This document shows positions 14,050 through 28,635 of a stretch of DNA of 64,000 bases, one piece after another (within the stretch, counting starts at the first letter, position 1; each line of letters begins with the position of its first letter). A model generated the notes under the pieces. That model saw nothing but the letters and a program-made list of their open reading frames with translations, was not told the origin of the DNA and searched no databases. The position numbers and the translations under genes are program-made. The DNA is from Eledone cirrhosa (taxonomy: Eukaryota), in NCBI GenBank assembly GCA_964016885.1, contig OZ024740.1, positions 81,282,001-81,346,000 of the forward strand, read 5' to 3'.

Positions 14050-14052
<3 letters not shown>
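12995..14052. repeat. ~525-bp tandem unit followed by an inverted copy (PLE pseudo-LTR-like)
   Basis: 13025-13118 recurs at 13546-13640; 13638-14052 is the reverse complement of 13025-13335 plus 13422-13550. Confidence 0.8.
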
Positions 14053-14091
<39 letters not shown>

Positions 14092-14107
<16 letters not shown>

Positions 14108-17100
14108 GAGGATGTGTGTTTGTCTGTGTGTGGATGGTACATTTTTCGAGGTTGGCGTCTACACCGCTCGCCCGATCTCGCTCAAATTTGCATACATTAC
14201 TCCTCATGACCCTTTACATTGCTTAGGCTTCTTTGTTTTTTGATAGGTCCCACCAGCGGCCCGCAATCCACCTTTTTGTCTATTTTGGGTGAAATCGGGA
14301 GATGAGGTTGCATTTTATGCACGCGTGAAAAATTTTTCCTGTTGAGTTTTTTTACCTGTTTTTTTGCTAATATGTGTAGAAAAGAGTCTAAATTTTGTTG
14401 ACGTGCTCGAATCATTTCGAAATTCGGTCGAGAGTGAAGCTCGAGGTCAAATCTCCATTTCGTATATAGAGAGACAGGAATAACAGGTCTTATAGTAACA
14501 TTACCTTCCCCTTCCTCCTTCTTTAGAGAGAGAGAGGAAGATAGAGAGAGAAGTTTTGGGTGTCACTGAAATATTACATTCCCCTCTCCACTTTGGTCAG
14601 TGAGCGAACCACTGTTGCTATAGTAACATTACCTTCCCCCTCCCCCTTCTTTATTGACCGAGGAATATAGAGAGAAACGTTGTTGGTGTTACAGTAACAT
14701 TACCTTCCCCTCCCCACTTACTTTGGTCTTTGAGACCGAGGGAACCACTGTTGCTATAGTTACAGCTTCACGTGACACAAACCAGTTCCTGCCAGTTCTG
14801 ACCACCTGGCACCAGTTGAGTCAGTTTTTGCTTTCTTTCAGTCGAGAAGTGGACAAATTTTCGCCTTGAATAAAAAAAAAAATTTCCTGGACGCTTTGCA
14901 AAGCTTTGCTTTTCAAACGCTACACTTGCTACTTGGTTAGGCTACTGTGTAGACGTGTGCTTCACTCTCACTGCATTACATTTTGTGACCTCGCTTTCAG
15001 ACTTTGCCATTCCCAGTACGTTTTTTGTTTACTTTTTTCTTGCTTAAAATTGTAACAATTTGTCACTTTTTTTTACCTTCCCCAAAATACTGCTTATCAC
15101 CTTCGCTTTTTTGCCTTTGCTCTAAACCTGCTTCCCCTTTACTATTTACTGTACTATTGCAACCATGCCACTGAAAAGAAAGAGTACCCTTAGCCGTAGG
15201 AAAACATCGTCTGTTGTTTCAAAAAAGAGGCGATTGAATGAGCAGTCCACGGATGCCGGACCGCATTTTTGGCCACAAACCACTGTTACTTCGCTTTCAA
15301 ACTTAAGTACCCCTAGTACAGCCCAACCCAGCGCCTCTCTATCTACGGGTACCGCTTCGAATCGTGCCATTCGTAATTGTTGGAATGCAGTTGCAACAGC
15401 CGCCTCTAGGGCAGCAGAGAGTGACAGCCAAAGAGCTCTTCGTAGGGCTAGGAATGCTGCAACTACTGCTGTTGCAAGGGCCTCCGAAACTAAACAGCAA
15501 ACAGCCACCAGACAGTCAAAGAACGCTGCTTCAACCGCCGCCTCCCGTGCCGCAGAAACCGACCAGGAGACAGCCACCCGAAGGTCCAAGGACTCCGCCT
15601 CCAGGGCAGCTGCCAGAGCATCCCAGACCGAGGTACACACAGCCATCCGAAGGTCCAACGACTCCGCCTCTACCGCAGCAGCCAGAGCATCCCAGACCGA
15701 GATACAGACAGCCATCCGAAGGTCCCAGAACGCTGTATCCACCGCCGCCTCCCGTGCAGCAGAACATCAAACAGCCCGCCGTGCTCGGTTGGACACAAAC
15801 AACGCACGAAGAGACACCACCAGAGGAACAACGAGTCCACATGAGTCATTTTGGCTTATGAAGGCTTTCAACTACGATCCAACAGTAAAATACTCCGTCC
15901 GTACGGACATTCAACTAGGCAGGATGGATGTCATATGCCAATTCTGTGGCGCGGAGAACTACCTGGCCTGTGCTGCTCTAATGGGAAGGTTTCACTTCCT
16001 CCTTTGGCGGCCCCTCCAGAACCTTTGCAAGAACTTCTTAGCGGAGAGACCTCTACGTCAACAGACTTCCTTGGCAACATAAGGAAATACAACTGCGCCT
16101 TCCAGATGACTTCGTTCGGGGCCAAAATTGTCCTAGAAAGCGGGTGGATGCCAACCTTTAAGGTTCAGTGCCAGGTTTACCACTATGTCGGTCCTCTACA
16201 TCGTGCGCCGTCAGCGCAACCCGCCTTCCTGCAAATTTACTTCATAGCTGACTACAACAAGCAGGCTGGCATGCGCTCATCTGTCATCCCAGCTGATGGC
16301 ACTAGAGAGAACCTGGACAGAGACGCCCTCCTTGCGCTGTAGCAAATGCTACACTCCGAAAACAGCTACGTACAGAGCTTCAAGTACGCCTTGGAGACTA
16401 CTGACCTGCCTAACTTCAACATTGTCATCGATGCCGACAAAAGACCATCCGGAGAACACGCCCGTCGATTCAACGCGCTCGTGTGTAACGAGGTGGCAGT
16501 CGTCCTTCACGGAGACCAGCACAACCCCCGGGATATCGTCATATCCAACCGTGCAACTGGCCTCCACAGAATACGCGAAACACACCGATCCTACGAGAGC
16601 CTCCAATACCCTCTACTTTTCCTCCGCGGCGAGGACGACTACCACTTCAAGACTCCACACTGCCAGCCAAACCAGCCCTCCGTTGCTCCCGCCAAAACCG
16701 TGACCTGCAAGGAATTTTACGCATACCGACTCATGCCTCCGAGAAACTGTTTCAACAGTTTGCACAGATCGCAGGACCTACTGAACCAATTTGCGGTGGA
16801 TATGGCAGCAAAGATGGAATCAGAACGACTGGCCTTCATTCGAACCCACCAGCAGCAACTGCGTAGCGAAAGCTACATCCATCTGCGAGACGGCTTGTCC
16901 AACGAGGGGGATCCCCGAAACATTGGCAAGGTCTGCATCCTGCCTTCTACCTTCACTGGAGGACCTCGGTACATGCACGAGAGGACTCAGGACGCCATGA
17001 CCTACGTGCAGGCCTACGGCCGTCCTGACCTCTTCATCACCTTCGTGTGCAACCCGAAGGCGGATGAGATCACCCGAGAACTCCTTCCAGGGCAGTCATA

Positions 17101-20100
17101 CCACCACCGCCTTGACCTCATAGCGAGGGCTTTCGAGAGGAACATAGAGAAAATGAAGGCATGTTGTGCAAAAGCCAACATCTTCGGCCCTGCTAGATGC
17201 CATACGTACACCGTAGAATGGCAGAAACGGGGCCTGCCTCACATTCATCTGTTACTGTGGCTGCAGAACAAGATCAACTCCAACGACATCGACAAATTCA
17301 TCTGCGCAGAGATCCCCAGCCCTGCCACCGACAAAGAACTCTTCGACGTCGTCACGGCTTCCATGATACACGGACCCTGTTATCCGGGTTCTAACCATTC
17401 GTGTCAGAAAGACGGGATCTGTAGTAAGAGGTTCCCTAAGAAATTTGTTTCAGAGACCCAGACTGGGCACGACGGCTATAACTTGTACAGGCGCCGGTCA
17501 CCTGAAGACGGCTGTTTTACTGCCATTGTAAGTGGCAAGCAAGTCGACAATCGATGGGTGGTCCCCTATTGTCCACTTCTCACTTCGACGTTCCAAGCCC
17601 ACATTAATGTAGAATTCTGTAGCTCAGTTAAATCGATTAAATATGTACGTCAACAGTACGTCAACAAGGGCTGCGATTCCGCCGATATTCGCCCTCCAGT
17701 CCGACGGCGACGAGGTCAGTGAGTACCTATCGGCCCGGTACATAAGTACAAAGGAAGCGTTTTGGCGAATTTTTGGTTTTTCTATCCATGAAAGGTACCC
17801 CAAAATCACAAACTTGGCGGTTCACTTAGAGAATGGACAGCAGGTTTACTTTACGGCTGCAAATGCTGCTCAAGTTGCGGCTAACCCCAAAGAAACCACG
17901 TTAACCGCTTTCTTTAAGCTCTGTCACGTAGACGCTTTTGCGAGAACTCTAATTTACCCTCAGGTGCCGTCCTACTTCACTTGGCACCGCAATAGCTGGG
18001 TACGGCGAAAAACTGGTAAGGCAGTTGAATCGCATCCGGGAGTTAAATTTTGTGACTGCCTCGGTAGAGTCTACACGGTTCCCCCAACCCAACCTGAGTG
18101 CTTTCACCTGCGCATTCTTCTGCACGAGGTCAATGGGCCGCAAGGTTTCTTTGACTTAAAAACAGTAAACGGGGAACTTTGCAACACTTTTCGAGAAGCC
18201 TGCTTTAGGCTTGTTCTCTTGGAAAATGACTCCCAATGGGACTCGACCCTCGCCGATTGTGCTCTGCTGAAATCCCCACAGAAATTAAGGGAACTGTTTT
18301 CCTTTTTGCTGCACAATTGTGGCTTAGCTAACCCTTCAGCCCTTTGGCTGAAGTACAGGGACGATTTGTGCGAGGACTTCCTCCGCAAAGCCAAACGGCA
18401 AAATCCGTCTTTAGAAGTGGGGTTCACCGAAATCATTTACAACCAAGGGCTAATTTCCATCCAAGAAGAGCTCCTTCAACTAGGGGGAATGACTTGCCAA
18501 CATACGGCTTGCCAGCCGCCACCAGGGAAAATGTTAGTGTGCTGGGTCCAGATATTCTGTTGGAGACATCTTACGATGTCGCCATGTTGACAACTTTCCT
18601 AGATGAAAATGAACGTAAGCTTCTTCCCGAGCAAAGGGTTGCTTATGAGACTGTCGTTGACAGTGCACTGGGTGGATTAGGTTGTGTCTTCTTTCTTGAT
18701 GCCTCTGGCGGTACAGGCAAAACCTTCGTTACCTCCCTCATTTTGGCGCGTCTTCGACAACAAAAAAAGATTGCCCTTGCGGTCGCCTCATAGGGGATCG
18801 CCGCTACCTTGCTGCCTGGAGAGAAGACGGCTCATGCTACCTTTAAGCTTCCGTTGGACCTCGCACGAACTGATACGCCGACGTGCAACATTAGCAAGCA
18901 CTCCGACAAAGCAGCACTTCTCGCAAAATTTTGCCTCATTGTGTGGGACGAATGCACCATGGCACATAAGGGTGCTCTGGAGGCATTAGATAGAAGTTTA
19001 AAATATATCAGGAACTCCTCGGCACCCTTGGGTGGCGTGACTTTACTGCTTTCGGGTGACGTCAGGCAAACGCTGCCTGTTATCCCCAGAGGGACAAGGG
19101 CTGAGGAAGTTCGCGCATGCCTGAAGTTGTCGACGCTTTGGCCTATCGTTCGGACACTCCGCCTGAACGTTAACATGCGGGCGCAGTTGCTCGAGGACAG
19201 CACGTCTGCTGAATTCGGCCAGGCCATCCTAGCTATAGGGGAAGGCCGACTTCCTTCCAACGAAGAGGGTGAGGTGTCGCTGGCATCTGTCAGTAATACA
19301 GTTGAGAGTCCACAGGCCCTTTTAGAAGCTGTTTTTCCAAACCTACACGTTAACTACACTAACTTAGATTGGCTTAGTTCAAGAGCCATCCTAGCCCCCC
19401 AAAACTCTGCTGTTAATGCTCTCAACGAAGAGCTACTCGGCAAGATTCCAGCCCAAGAGAAAATTTTTAAGTCTATAGACCGCGTCACCGATCCACAGGA
19501 GGCGACGGATTACCCAGTACAGTTTTTGAATAGCCTTTACCCCCCAGGTCTCCCACCCCACATCCTGAAGCTCAAGGTCGGCAGTCCGATTATGCTTATG
19601 CGTAACATGCGCCCCCCAAAACAGTGCAACGGCACTCGAATGGTAGTCAAATCAATGACGAACCATCTCATTGAAGCAACCATTTTAACTGGTTGTGGTA
19701 AAGGTGAGACCGTCATGATCCCAAGGCTAAGCATCCAACCTTCGACCACGGACATCCCGATAGGTTTTAGGCGACATCAGTTTCCCGTAAGGCCCTGCTT
19801 CGCGATCACCATAAACAAATCTCAGGGTCAAACTTTGTCCGTGGCGGGCATTCATCTAAAAGAGCCCTGCTTTGCTCATGGCCAACTTTATGTTGCCTGC
19901 TCGCGAGTTGGGAGTAAGGGCTCCCTTTTTTCATACACACCCAACGGTATGACCCGCAACATAGTCTACAAAGAGGTCCTGTAACGTGCATTACCACTGA
20001 GATGATTTAACACAAAAAGAGTTTATATATATACAAACACATACACACACTCACATACAGATATATATATATCATTATCTATAAAAGCGAGTGTGTGTGC

Positions 20101-20715
20101 ATGTTCCTTTTCTATACGATTAAAACAAAACACCTCCTTCAATGGAAAATTACTTATCAATATTCGAAATAGCTTCAATTAGGTCATGCAGCATTTATAT
20201 ATTTAAAATTGATCCCCAATTATGCAAAAAAATCGATAAAACTCAATAATTCACGATATACCTCTCTCATAAATCTGATATCGAAACTGAAGATTACGAC
20301 CCTAAATGGTGGACAGTTCGAAATACTGCTGCTGCTGTTCTTCTGGCTGTTGCCCATCTCATTCTATCAGGCTCTTCCAACAACTTTACAGTGCTTTATC
20401 ATCCGTTAAAAAAAAACTGTTTTTTGGCTGTTTTTTGTTTTCGACAGAAAATTTATTACGATTTCTGTTTGCTATTCTTAATATATATATATTTTTTTGT
20501 GTTCCCTTTTTGTGATTTTTGTTGGTTTCTTGGTTGAGAGAAAAGAAGATGGTAAAACCGGGTTGAAGAGATTTTCATTTCTAATTCTATTATCATTACA
20601 ACTTTGACATATTTTATGTAAAGTGAATATGAGAAAAAAAAATTCTTCATATTTATTCTTTCCTAATCTGAATAAAAACAGCAGTAACCCGGGCAACGCC
20701 GGGTCATTCAGCTAG
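14092..20715 (+). mobile_element. Helitron 1, full-length but decayed
   Basis: Starts in (TA)n with TATATAAAACAGAGGATGTGTG; 3' hairpin CCCGGGCAACGCCGGG and CTAG at 20712-20715; encodes RepHel. Confidence 0.95.
15165..19984 (+). pseudogene. Helitron RepHel (HUH Rep plus PIF1 helicase), broken by stops and frameshifts
   Basis: PDLFITFVCNP, VEWQKRGLPHIHLLL, KSIKY..YVNKG; DASGGTGKT, IVWDEC, GDVRQTLPV, TINKSQGQT, HGQLYVACSRV across six ORF pieces. Confidence 0.95.
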
Positions 20716-23700
20716 TATATATATAAAACGGTAGATGTCTGTATGTGTGTGTGTATGAATGTTATGCATTTCCACATTTCTCTACCGATTTTGATGATTC
20801 TTTTCCAATGTGCTCCAAATTTACCAGGACAGGTCAACGCGTAATTACTTTTGCCAAACATTTCCTGCTTCTATGAAAAACAATCGATAAAACTAAATAC
20901 ATGCTGTAACCCTCACTCTTACACGCTTCATTCCTCTCACTACACTCAATCTCCTCCGCAACTCTCTTTAAAAGGTTACTGCCTCCGTCTCCATTACAGT
21001 TTAGAACAACGACAAATCTTCGCTCTCTATAATAGATCATTCACCCTCTTCGTTCGTCATACATCAAATATCAAAATTTAAAAAGCCGATAACACTAAAT
21101 ACATACTGCTCTCTCAACGTTACATTTTACATCAAATAACAAATATTCAAAAGCAACAGATGAATTTATAAAACAACAAACGTAACAATAACGACGCTTA
21201 AGCGTTCATTTACTTGAATACAAAGACATTATTTTTTATTGTTGGTCTTTTTGTAATTTTTCTTTCTTTGTTTTTCTCAATATGAGACAAAAAATTAATG
21301 AGAAAACCTTTTTAAAGAACGTCCGATTTCGATTATTTATTTTCCAGTGTGCTCCAAAATAACGCCCCTGTTTACGCTTTTTGTGCTATAACTCAGACAG
21401 GCTTGGCTTACAGGTTTGACCTATTATTTGACGTGCATTCTTCATAGATCTTATTAGTACTCACTTTCCACTTACTCCCCGTTCAATTGAACGTTTTGGC
21501 TACTCCCCCTTTCATGCTCCATTACCTGCATAAATATTTACGTGTTCGGTCCTGCTACAATATAGTGCTCACTTTAAACTAATTCAAAGTTCATTTGAAA
21601 ATGTTCGCTACCAAACACATTCTTTGAAACTACGGTCATGCCACCCCAAAAAAGACCACGACTTAGTCGCCAAACTAAAGCTGCTTCTGCTGCCCAACGA
21701 AGAAGAGCTACAGAGTTGTCCGTAGAAAAATTGACTCGGTTGTCACAAAATGCAACTCGAAATGCAATTACCCGGGCAACCGAGACAGAAAAAAAGAGGA
21801 GCATCCGCCTTTCCGGAAATGCATTTGTAACTGCAGTTGCACGTGCAGCGCAAACTGATGAACAACATTCTAGACAACGAAGCAAAAATCCTCACCGTCA
21901 CCTCCCTCCACCGCTGCGGCATGTGACGGTGAGGACGAAGAACACCGTTACAGTCGACGACGAACAGATACCGCCTCAACTGCTGCGTCACGTGCTGCCG
22001 AGGACGAAGGGCAGCGTTCCAGACGTCAACGTACTGACGCAGCTTCAACAGCTTCCGTTCACGCATCAGAGACTGCGCAAATTCAATTACAAAGGCTAAA
22101 CGCCAACGCACTCCGCAGGAGTGCTAAACGAGGTACACAGAGGATCAGTTGCACTCAGTGTTCTCATAAGGCTTTCCACTATGACCCAACAGTAAACTAT
22201 GCACTGATGCCAGAAGTTCAGATTGGATCCATGTCTGTCATTTGCCAATATTGTCGGGCAAAAAAAATGGCCTGGGGAGACTTCAGGGATGTGCTGCTCT
22301 GACGGCAAAGTGAAACTGCCTCCTCTACAGGAACCACCACAACCTTTGAAGTTTCTACTGACCGGTGCCACAGCGGAGTCGGAACACTTCCTTCGATGTT
22401 CCAGGAGATACAACGCTGCCTTCCAAATGACCTCTTTTGTAGCTAACATCATACGCGAGGACGGCTTCATGACTACTTTTAAAGACAAGGACAAGGAATC
22501 GGTTCACTACTGCCCACGACAGACGGACAGCCCCAGTTCCTACAGTTATACTTTGTCACTGACTATTTGGACCAAGCGGAACGACGCGATTCAATTTCGC
22601 CTGGCACAGACATGAAAATTCTGTTGCAACTCCAGAGAATGCTGCACGAAAACAACAACTACATTCGCAGTTTTAAATGCGCATTGGAGGCTGCTCCGTT
22701 GCCAAATTTTGCAGTTATAATCGACGCTGACAGGAAACGACCAGACACCCACGCCAGACGTTTCAATACTCCCACGTGCAATGAAATAGCTGTGCTTCTT
22801 CATGGAGAACAGTGCAACAAGCGGGACATCATACTTCAGTGCAGGTACAATAATCTGCAACGGATCAGTGATACGCATAGGTCCTACGACGCATTCCAAT
22901 ATCCCCTAGTTTTCCCATTCGGTTGATGACGGATGCCACTTTGGAATTTCTTTGTGAAACAGCAACAAAAATGTTTCCTCTATGCAATTCTACACCTACC
23001 GATTCATAGTCCGCGAATGCTGCTTTAACCAACTCCACCGTGCAAGAGTACTCTTCAACCAACTTGCTGTAGACGCGTGCGCAAATATGGAATCTGTAAG
23101 GCTGTGCTACATCAGGAACAATCAAGCACGCCTTCGTTCGGACAGCTACATTCACTTTCGGGATGGAGTAAGGAATGACGTCAAGACCGAGAACCTTGGA
23201 AAACGTTGTCTCCTTCCGTCGACCTTCATTGGGAGTCCCCGATACATGAGTGAACGCACACGGGATGCTATGACGTACGTGCGTCTCCACGGCAGACCGG
23301 ATCTCTTCATTACTTCAACATGCAACCCTAAGTCGAATGAAATTACCGCGGAATTATTCCCCGGACAAAGGGCGTCAGACAGACATGATCTTACAGCGCG
23401 AGTCTTTCACTTGAAGTTGACAAAACGTATTGAACTCCTAAAATCAGGTAAGGCCTTTGGACCTGTTAGGTGCTACGTATACACCGATGAGTGGGAAAAG
23501 AGAAGCCTGCCACACGCCCACCTACTCATTTGGCTGATAACGAAAATCAACGCAAGCACCATTGACAGCATCATTTCAGCAGAAATACCCGACCCAAAAT
23601 TGGACAGAGAACTCCACAACATCGTCACTGCTCACATGGTTCATGGGCCATGCGGAAACGGTTTCAACATGAATTCTCCATGCATTAAAGAAATAATGTG

Positions 23701-25667
23701 CACCAAGAGGTATCCTAGGCCATTTCTCCGAGAAACTCGGACAAGTAGCGACGGTTATCCATTATACCGCCGCAGGGAGCCAGCGGACGGAGTAATTGTT
23801 GCGAAAACACCACATCACAACGTCGACAACAGGTGGATTATACCCTTATGGGACAAATACAAAGAGGACCTTTCCGATGACTACATACACCAAGGAAAAC
23901 TGCTACTCCCTCATTCCGACGTACGACTCAGCGACGAATTCTTCAACAAAGCTCTCATTGACATCGAGGACAAAATCCTAACTGCCGGCGGAAATGACCT
24001 TCCATTCTATGGACTGCCAAATGTTCAGCCAACGGGCTCCGACATACTTCCGACGGGCATAACTCAGGAAACTGCCTACGACATCCACGCCCTCGAACTG
24101 TTCATCAACGAAATCGAGCCGAAATTGTTGCAGGACCATCGGCAGGCGTATGACACAGTTTGCACTTCCATTCGTCAACGCAGAGGAGGTATCTTCTTTT
24201 TGGACTTCCAGGCGGAACTGGTAAAACATTCGTCAATAAACTCCTCCTCGCCAAAGGGCGACAGCAGACAAGAATCGCCCTGGCTGTGGCTTCTTCTGGG
24301 ATTGCCGCAACTCTGCTGCCCGGAGGTAGGTCAGCTCATTTTGCATTTAAACTGCCATTCAACACGACTTCAGACGACACAATAAACTGCAACATCACCA
24401 AGGACTCTGACAAAGCTGAAGTCTTGAAAACATGCCACCTAATTGTGTGGGACGAATGCACAATGGCCCATAAAGGGTCCCTTGAGGCGTTAAACAGGAC
24501 CCTACGAGACACCAGGGAATGCAACCGGCCGATGGGAGGAGTACCTCTACTGCTGTCTGGCGATTTTCGACAAACTCTTCCAGTTGTTCCAAAAGCGACC
24601 AGGGCCGACACTGTGGGAGCTTGCATTAAGTCATCTCCCCTATGGCAGGAAGTGACAATCCTGACCCTCACAACAAACATGAGAGCCCAACTGCTCGGCG
24701 ACCACTCAGCAGCCGACTTCTCAAAGGACTTCTTAACAGTTGGTGACGGCACTGCACCTTCAGATGCAGCTGGAGAAATGGCAGTCTCGCAAGTAGGCAC
24801 CATTGTCGACACTGTTGATGACCTCACAGCCTCTGTCTTTCCCGATATGGCGAACAACTACAAAAACACGAGTTGGCTATGCGATAGAGCCATATTGGCT
24901 CCCCAAAACGTCTCAGTTGCAAAAATCAATGAGGACCTTCTGTAACGCATTCCTGGAAACCTCCGTACCTACAAATCTGTGGACAAAGTGGTGGACAAAG
25001 ATGAGGTTGACGACTTTCCAAAATAATTCCTCAATTCCTTGGATGTCTCTGGACTGCCACCTCATGAACTGCGCGTCAAAATTGGGACTCCATTCATGCT
25101 GTTGAGGAACCTGGAACCACCACGTCTCTGCAACGGAATACGGTTAGTGGTAAGAAACCTCCTGCCGCATGTAATTGAAGCCACAATTGTCACGGGCTGC
25201 GGCGCTGGATAAAACGTCTTAATACCCAGAATACCATTAACTTCATCAGGTACGGAATGCCTCTGTACTCTGCGCCGACTTCAATTCCCCGTTAAACTTT
25301 GCTTCGCGATGTAAATCAACAAGTACCAAAGCCAAACGCTATCAACGGCAGGCCTGCATTTAGCCCAGCCGTTCTCACACGGCCAATTATACGTCGCATG
25401 GTCAAGAGTGGGATGCAAACAAAACTTATTAATACTTGCGCCCAAAGGCAAAACAAAAAAATGTGTTCTACATAGAGGTGTTGTGACTCCTCTATTCAGC
25501 ACCAGTGCATTCTTGCCGGTCTGACATATAGTGAATAGATGCTATTGTTGTATATTTTCAAAGTTACCCGTATTTAATTTCAATGCCTCAATATTCATAA
25601 TTGAGTGGAATCATTAAAAGTACTTTAACGCAATTAAACCCCGAGAAACGCCGGGCACTTCTGCTAG
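20716..25667 (+). mobile_element. Helitron 2, a distinct family directly downstream of Helitron 1
   Basis: 5' TATATATATAAAACGGTAGATGTCTGT; 3' hairpin CCCGAGAAACGCCGGG and CTAG at 25664-25667. Confidence 0.93.
21638..25490 (+). pseudogene. Helitron 2 RepHel, fragmented and internally deleted
   Basis: GRPDLFITSTCNP, EWEKRSLPHAHLLI, GGTGKTF, IVWDEC, GDFRQTLPV, HGQLYVA.SRV. Confidence 0.92.
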
Positions 25668-26400
<733 letters not shown>

Positions 26401-27100
26401 AGTGAAAGTGCTTTTATAAAGGAATTTATTAGGTATTGACATATGTTTCTGTACCAGACGGAATACCTATGTATCGCTGCTTGCGTAATCATATAATATT
26501 AGCACGTAATCGATAGCAAATGTATAATCAGTTGTCATTTCTTCACAGATATTGGATAAATTGGAAAAAATCAGGAAAATCAAAGTATTTATATTAGTTG
26601 TAAGAAAGGAAGAGGAGCGGGAAAGTTTATGACAGATGGCAATTCAATTTGCTGGCAATTCAATTTGCTGGTAAACAAGTGTATAGAAGGTTTTTAATGA
26701 GAATACAATGAGTATGTGGCTTATTTTATGTAAATATTAATTTTTGGGCGTGCCTATTTTAATTTATATTTGACAAGTTGAACAATGGACAGGGCTGGTC
26801 GTTTGGAATAGTAGTATTAATACAGATATAAGGTGTCAAGTAAGGAAGAGAGATTTTCACTGCTACTGTATAACAACAATGCTGGTAGCCTGCTGGTATA
26901 TGCTTTAGGGAATTGAATTGAGATATCTTATTTTATCTATAGCATTTTCTATTAAATGATAAAGAATAGAAGTGTTGATAGAATTAAAACTAATAGAGAA
27001 TGTTAATATGTATTTTGACAATCAATCGGAGATGGAGACAGAGATATATACATACATATAAATATATATAAATATATACATATGAAAATATATATATAGT

Positions 27101-28399
27101 TAAGAGTGTCTCTGACAGGATCTCTAACTTGTCGGCCAATAAAGAGATCTTCAATATTAACGCTTATTACTATAACTCAGTGCTAGCTAAGGCGCCCCAC
27201 AGCGATAGGATCAGCTATAACCATAAGGGACATGATCGAGACGACCCAAGGGTACCCCGGACCAATACTCTCAGGGGCATGAGTCGCCTACCTAATACCT
27301 TGGTGACCAGTAGTGACACTCCCAGACCCCTATCCGTCACCACCCCCGGTAGAAGGTCCTGCGTACCCCACCGGTCTAATACCTACAACGCTGAAGACCA
27401 CTGTGCTGCGGAGCATAGGCACCCCTGCACCGGCCCCACCAACCGCAGAACCCTAATTAAGCAGGGAGGCCGCACCTCGCAGGTTTATAGCCCCACGGTG
27501 GGCCCATATAACCCTCATGATAGTGACCGCTTCGCACACCCGAGTGACACCAACCGAGCTCGACCTGAGCTGTGCACAACCACGCGATGGCCCACGGCGG
27601 ACACCCAACAACCCCGCAAGTATAGGACCAGGAAGGTCACATGGTATAACCCTCCGTACTCGGTGGGTCTACGTACCAGCCTGGATAAATAAAGAGTACT
27701 GGATAAATGTTTCCCTAGGGCCCACAAGTACCATAAAATATTCAACAGGCACACGGTGACACTTTCCTAATCAACCACACGCTCTGTAGCCCAGCACATA
27801 GCTGGCATAAATAGGATTAGGCTCACTGCCTCTAAGACCACTGTAAACCCCGGAGCTACCCAACAGAACCTGCATGCGTGACGCAACGGAACCCGGACAG
27901 GCCCAACTAGCACACCCTGTGCTGATTGCGGAGGCTACCCAGCCAACCCCGAGTGATGGTAACCACGCGGTACATGTGGTGGGGCTTAACAAGACATGTA
28001 ATTGCAGAGATCCATCACTAAGCCCTCTTAGTATTGAATGCATGACGGAAAACGTGGTCTACAGGTGCAAGGTCACAACCCCTAACTCGGAGCACCACTA
28101 TATAGGATCCACAGCGATGAGCTTCAAAGATCGGTGGTATAACCATCGCTATTCCTTTAACAGAATAGATAAAAGGAAATGTACGGCCCTTTTTGAATTG
28201 ATCTGGAAGCTCAAACTTGGTCTGGTCCGTGGTTAGAAAGGTTCCCCCAGACAGAGGTGGGTCTGGTATTTGCAACCTCTGTCTTAGTGAGACACTCGAG
28301 ATTCTTCATGGCGGAACGAAGCTATTAAACAGAAGGGCCGACTTATTCGGTGCCTGCAGACACCTAAGGACGGGAACTTTCCTCAAGCTATATGGATAA
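27101..28399 (+). mobile_element. Penelope-like element 1, 3' part (RT C-terminus, Cys linker, GIY-YIG), decayed
   Basis: RISNLSANKEIFN, RKVTWYNPPYS, CNCR..C..NVVY...YIGST..FKDRWYNH, CNLCLSE...LLNRR....CRH. Confidence 0.85.
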
Positions 28400-28594
28400 A
28401 CCCCGGTTACGGCCTCCAACAACGCCCCCAACCTGTAGGTCCCCTACACCCCGTACCAATGACTAATGGGCAACAGCAACCACCCATAGTTTGTGGTCCC
28501 TATGGTGGATGGTCCACCGGGCTTCTACTGGTTAGGAGTCATCTAAACCACGTTTTATTGAACCTGATTTTATATATATATGTATATATATATC

Positions 28595-28635
<41 letters not shown>

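Noticed and set aside
14491-14765. Spaced direct repeats AGTAACATTACCTTCCCC resembling a CRISPR array
   Set aside because: Irregular, mutually similar spacers inside a eukaryotic Helitron leader, and no cas genes.
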